Positions 60,374 to 64,000 of a stretch of DNA of 64,000 bases are shown here, piece after piece; within the stretch, counting starts at the first letter, position 1; the number at the start of each line of letters is the position of its first letter. The translations under genes and the position numbers were made by a program. Source of the stretch: Thermodesulfobacteriota bacterium (GTDB lineage Bacteria; Desulfobacterota_D; UBA1144; Nemesobacterales; UBA2774). The DNA lies in the NCBI GenBank assembly GCA_963422265.1, contig OY729416.1, positions 224,001 to 288,000 on the forward strand. Direction: 5' to 3'. The notes under the pieces were generated by a model. That model saw nothing but the letters and a program-made list of their open reading frames with translations. It was not told the origin of the DNA and did not search any database.

Positions 60374-61780
60374 TTAGCTTTTTATTCCGGGCTCGGTCAT
60401 TGACCATGGGTCAAGGAGTTCATTTAATTTTGAAGCGGGTAGGACGTTTTTCTCAAGAGCGACTTCTCTTACGGTCTTTCCCGTAGCATAGGCTTCCTTG
60501 GCGATCTTCGCCGCGTTGTCGTAACCGATAACTGGGGCGAGGCTCGTGCACATAGCTAGGCTTTTCTCAATCATTTCCTCACAGCGCTTTTTATCCGCTT
60601 TTATCCCTTTTATACATTTGTCCGCGAATACGTCAGAAGCCCTTGCTAGAAGCCCAATTGACTGGAGGAGGTTATGACCTTTGACGGGCATCATTACGTT
60701 CAGCTCAAAGTTTCCGAATTGTCCGCCAATTGTAATAGTAAGATCGTTTCCCATGACTTGCGCCGCCACTTGGCACACAGCTTCTGGAATAACGGGATTT
60801 ACTTTGCCGGGCATAATAGATGATCCGGGCTGAACGGGGGGTATGTGTATTTCTCCTATACCGCAGCGCGGGCCACTGCCGAGCCATCTTATATCGTTAG
60901 CTATTTTCATTAGGCTCACGGCAAGAGTTTTAAGAGCACCGCTCGCTTCAACTACTGCGTCCTTGGATCCTTGCGCTTCAAAGTGATTGTCTGCTTCTCT
61001 GAGTTTAGCCCTTGTCATCTTACTCAATCGTCTGGCTACTAGCTTTGCAAATCTCGGATGGGTGTTTATACCAGTTCCCACTGCGGTTCCGCCGATAGCA
61101 AGCTCGCATAGCTCTTCTTTTACGCGCTGCACCCTTCCTGCTCCGTGATCAATCATGCTTGCGTAACCACCAAATTCCTGACCTAGCCTTATAGGCGTCG
61201 CGTCTTGCAAGTGAGTGCGTCCAATTTTTACTATTTTATCGAACTGGCGCGCTTTTGAGGCAAGGGCTTTTTGCAATTTCTTAAGCGATGGTATTAGGTG
61301 CTTATCTATTGCTAGGATGGCTGATACGTGTATGGCAGTTGGATAAACGTCGTTACTTGATTGTCCCATGTTGACGTGGTCATTCGGGTGCACGCTAGAT
61401 TTATCACCTCTTTTAGCTCCAAGTATTTCGTTAGCCCTGTTTGCAATTACTTCATTCGTATTCATGTTTGTCGACGTGCCTGAGCCCGTCTGAAATACGT
61501 CAAGAACAAAGTGACCGTCAAGGTTTCCATCTACTACCTCCTGAGAGGCTTTTACAATTGCCTTGCCGAGTTTTTCGTTCAGTAGTCCGAGTTCCATATT
61601 AGACTCAGCCGCTGACTGTTTAATCATTCCCAAAGCCTTCACTAAGAGGCTATGCTTACGGATTCCACTTATAGGAAAATTTTCTATCGCCCTGGCCGTT
61701 TGGGCTCCATAGTAAGCGTCAGCAGGGACAGTCATTTCCCCCATTGAATCGCTTTCAACTCTAAAATCTTTGCCGTCCAT
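60374..61780 (-). CDS. fumC: Class II fumarate hydratase
   Basis: QTGSGTSTNMN, HPNDHVN, GRTHLQDA, GSSIMPGKVNP. Confidence 0.95.
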   Translation of the reverse strand: MDGKDFRVESDSMGEMTVPADAYYGAQTARAIENFPISGIRKHSLLVKALGMIKQSAAESNMELGLLNEKLGKAIVKASQEVVDGNLDGHFVLDVFQTGSGTSTNMNTNEVIANRANEILGAKRGDKSSVHPNDHVNMGQSSNDVYPTAIHVSAILAIDKHLIPSLKKLQKALASKARQFDKIVKIGRTHLQDATPIRLGQEFGGYASMIDHGAGRVQRVKEELCELAIGGTAVGTGINTHPRFAKLVARRLSKMTRAKLREADNHFEAQGSKDAVVEASGALKTLAVSLMKIANDIRWLGSGPRCGIGEIHIPPVQPGSSIMPGKVNPVIPEAVCQVAAQVMGNDLTITIGGQFGNFELNVMMPVKGHNLLQSIGLLARASDVFADKCIKGIKADKKRCEEMIEKSLAMCTSLAPVIGYDNAAKIAKEAYATGKTVREVALEKNVLPASKLNELLDPWSMTEPGIKS

Positions 61781-61927
61781 AATTGTGTTACACCTCGCTT
61801 GCAATTGAATTTAGAAGTTTTAATTATGCCACAGGGAAGATTTTTTTCTATTTTGTGCTAATATATAATAGCTGTCCAAGAGTATTGGTTTCTCCAGACC
61901 TTAAAGTCTTATAAGAGGATCATTTTA

Positions 61928-62152
61928 ATGGTTGTTGGCGCTGCGGCAGGGACCTTCCCGTTCGGGTGGATAAGGGGTTTTAGGGAGGACAATTGGCAAA
62001 TTATCTGGGATCCTAGCAGTAAAGCAGTTTTTGCAAAAGCTGCTGTCTCAAAAGAGGTTGTTCCATTGGGCGAGTGCTCGACTTGGCAAGAGGCAAAGGT
62101 TTTTGCCGATTCTGCCATAGATGATATTAACGTATTAATAAAAGCTATTTAA
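61928..62152 (+). CDS. Hypothetical protein
   Basis: 74-aa ORF with RBS GAGGA; no motif recognised. Confidence 0.55.
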   Translation: MVVGAAAGTFPFGWIRGFREDNWQIIWDPSSKAVFAKAAVSKEVVPLGECSTWQEAKVFADSAIDDINVLIKAI

Positions 62153-62258
62153 TCTCCTTGTTGTAGCTTTGAAATCTGTCGCGGCTTGCCTTTGAGTCTT
62201 ATGCTTCTCTTTGTAGTTCAATTGTAAAATTTCTATATCAAGTTAGCTTTATCTGCTC

Positions 62259-63191
62259 GTGATGCCTAACCTGAGTCAGGATGTAACTATGAGTTACATG
62301 GAGCAGGAATTAGTATCTATTTCGTTCGGGAAAAGCAAGATAGACGGGCTTTATTATAATAGCACTGTTGGATGTGGTGAAGCGCCCAAGAGTAGAACTA
62401 TCGTAATTCACGTCCATGGATTTTTGGGCAATTTTCTTGACGGTAGCCAACGTTTTCTTCCCCCTATTCTTGCAGGAAGCGGTTACTCTTCACTCGCGGT
62501 TAATACGCGTATGGCCAACTTCGGTCTCTTTTTTGGATACGGCATCTTGAACGATACGATTCCCCAAATGGACCGCGTGATGGAATACGCTTATGAGCTA
62601 GGATACGAGAATATAGTATTATCAGGCTACAGTCTCGGCTCGAGCATCGTCTTGAGGTACGCTTCTTTGAGAAATGATCTGAGAAAAAATTCGCGCTTAA
62701 AAGGGGTGGTAACTTTAGCCTCCCCCTACTCTATGCCTGATTCCATACGCAGAAGATGGGACTATTTTCAGAGTGAGCCTAGCTATGAAGAGGTTTATGA
62801 AGAAGCTAAGGAGATCATAAAACCCGGCAAAGAGGGGACTGGGCAGGATCGGACGGTTCTCATACACAAAGCGCGGGGCAATTCTTATCGCCCTGAGCAT
62901 ACGGAGATATATACGTATAGGACGTGGTGGCACCTTGCTGGTCCAGAGGCAAAGTATGCGATGGGTTATAAGAAGATCGGCAAGATAAATGTTCCTATTC
63001 TTCTGATTCAGGGTTGGCATGACGAAGTAGTTAAACCCGAAGAAGCGCATGGTTTGGCACAGATTGCAATCAAAGCAGGCAACCAAGACGTCTCGGCAAT
63101 TTACGTTAACGCTGGGCACGCCTTTAAGGGAAAAGAGGAAGAGCTTGGGGATATCATTGCAGGGTGGCTCGATAGAAGGTTCAAGGGCTAA
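62259..63191 (+). CDS. Alpha/beta hydrolase
   Basis: HVHG, GYSLG nucleophile elbow, LIQGWHDEVV, AGH. Confidence 0.88.
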   Translation: MMPNLSQDVTMSYMEQELVSISFGKSKIDGLYYNSTVGCGEAPKSRTIVIHVHGFLGNFLDGSQRFLPPILAGSGYSSLAVNTRMANFGLFFGYGILNDTIPQMDRVMEYAYELGYENIVLSGYSLGSSIVLRYASLRNDLRKNSRLKGVVTLASPYSMPDSIRRRWDYFQSEPSYEEVYEEAKEIIKPGKEGTGQDRTVLIHKARGNSYRPEHTEIYTYRTWWHLAGPEAKYAMGYKKIGKINVPILLIQGWHDEVVKPEEAHGLAQIAIKAGNQDVSAIYVNAGHAFKGKEEELGDIIAGWLDRRFKG

Positions 63192-63199
63192 AGACGTAA

Positions 63200-64000
63200 A
63201 TGGTTTCCAGACAGAGAAGACTTTTAACGTTTCCCGCAGAGGATGGATTCTCTATAAACGGTCTGCTGGTTTGCGGAGAATTTGAGAAGGCAAGAGATTT
63301 ATACGACGCTCCAATAGTGCTTCTTATACATGGAGTGCTTGGGCACTTTCTTGCAAGGGGAACCCCCAGGCTGCTGCCCAACGCGCTTGTAGAGAGGGGT
63401 TTCAACTCGCTATCAATAAATACAAGAATGGCGTTTACGGGTCAGATTTTCGGTGGTGGCATACTAGACGAAGCGGTAATGGACGTAGATGCGGCGGTTA
63501 AAGAGCTGATTAAAGAGGGATTTAATAAAATCATAATTCTGGGTTGGAGCCTGGGTGCCAATCTCTCGATTTATTACTCCGTTGATAGGATTCACCCTAA
63601 CGTCAAGGGCTTTATACTAGAAGGGTGCTCATATTCCCTTCCTGAATCAAATAGGAAGAGACTTGAAAAATGGGACAGCATTCCCTCTTACGATCATGTT
63701 TACGATGTAGCGAAAAAAGTTCTTCATCCCGATCCTCGCGATCCTAAGAATGATAGAATATTCATAGTCTATAGGGCTTGGGGACCTACATTTGAGCCTT
63801 CTGACGCTGAGCTCTTTACTTATAGGACTTGGTGGTTTATGAGGGGTCCCGAAGCTCATAACGCTAAGACGAACGAAATTATTAAAGGGGTGAAAGCACC
63901 TGTTCTCTTTATACACGGCGAGGAAGATTACATTGTTGGTGCTGAAGAGCCTAGGGGACTAATCTCAATCTTAAATGAGTCGGGGAATGATAACGTGGAT
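63200..64000 (+). CDS. Alpha/beta hydrolase paralogue, truncated by the window edge
   Basis: Hand-translated from ATG 63200: LIHG, INTRMA, GWSLG, FTYRTWW..GPEA, FIHGEED. Confidence 0.85.
   Translation, partial: MVSRQRRLLTFPAEDGFSINGLLVCGEFEKARDLYDAPIVLLIHGVLGHFLARGTPRLLPNALVERGFNSLSINTRMAFTGQIFGGGILDEAVMDVDAAVKELIKEGFNKIIILGWSLGANLSIYYSVDRIHPNVKGFILEGCSYSLPESNRKRLEKWDSIPSYDHVYDVAKKVLHPDPRDPKNDRIFIVYRAWGPTFEPSDAELFTYRTWWFMRGPEAHNAKTNEIIKGVKAPVLFIHGEEDYIVGAEEPRGLISILNESGNDNVD

Overview
Bacterial chromosomal window. The backbone looks AT-leaning by eye and carries housekeeping genes: gyrA, proB, mltG, copA, tpx, bioD, a complete alternative complex III operon actA-F, hisS, fumC, tRNA-Ser(CGA) and tRNA-Gly(GCC). 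Three accessory blocks interrupt it. (1) 1-1476: the edge of an element at the 3' end of tRNA-Ser, with a type I restriction subunit, an XRE regulator and a probable serine-recombinase C-terminal remnant. (2) About 29.2-44.8 kb: a visibly GC-richer surface-glycan island. Two O-antigen ligase/polymerase (WaaL/Wzy_C-like) genes carry plant-type leucine-rich-repeat modules inside their large extracytoplasmic loop; one is 2019 aa with 8 capped LRR modules. A neighbouring glycosyltransferase has an (AAGC)44 phase-variation-type tract. (3) 48.4-53.8 kb: a type II-C CRISPR-Cas9 locus. Its array has a 335-bp interval between two perfect repeats that encodes a complete small hydrophobic protein with a strong RBS. 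Other signals: a probable programmed -1 frameshift fusing a MoxR AAA+ ATPase to a vWA domain, a split JAB-DinG helicase, REP-like motifs in-frame inside genes, and many short tandem duplications. Eukaryote-like LRRs plus a contingency locus suggest a host-associated (for example sponge-associated) lifestyle; this is inference only. All assignments come from motif recognition by eye; no searches were run.
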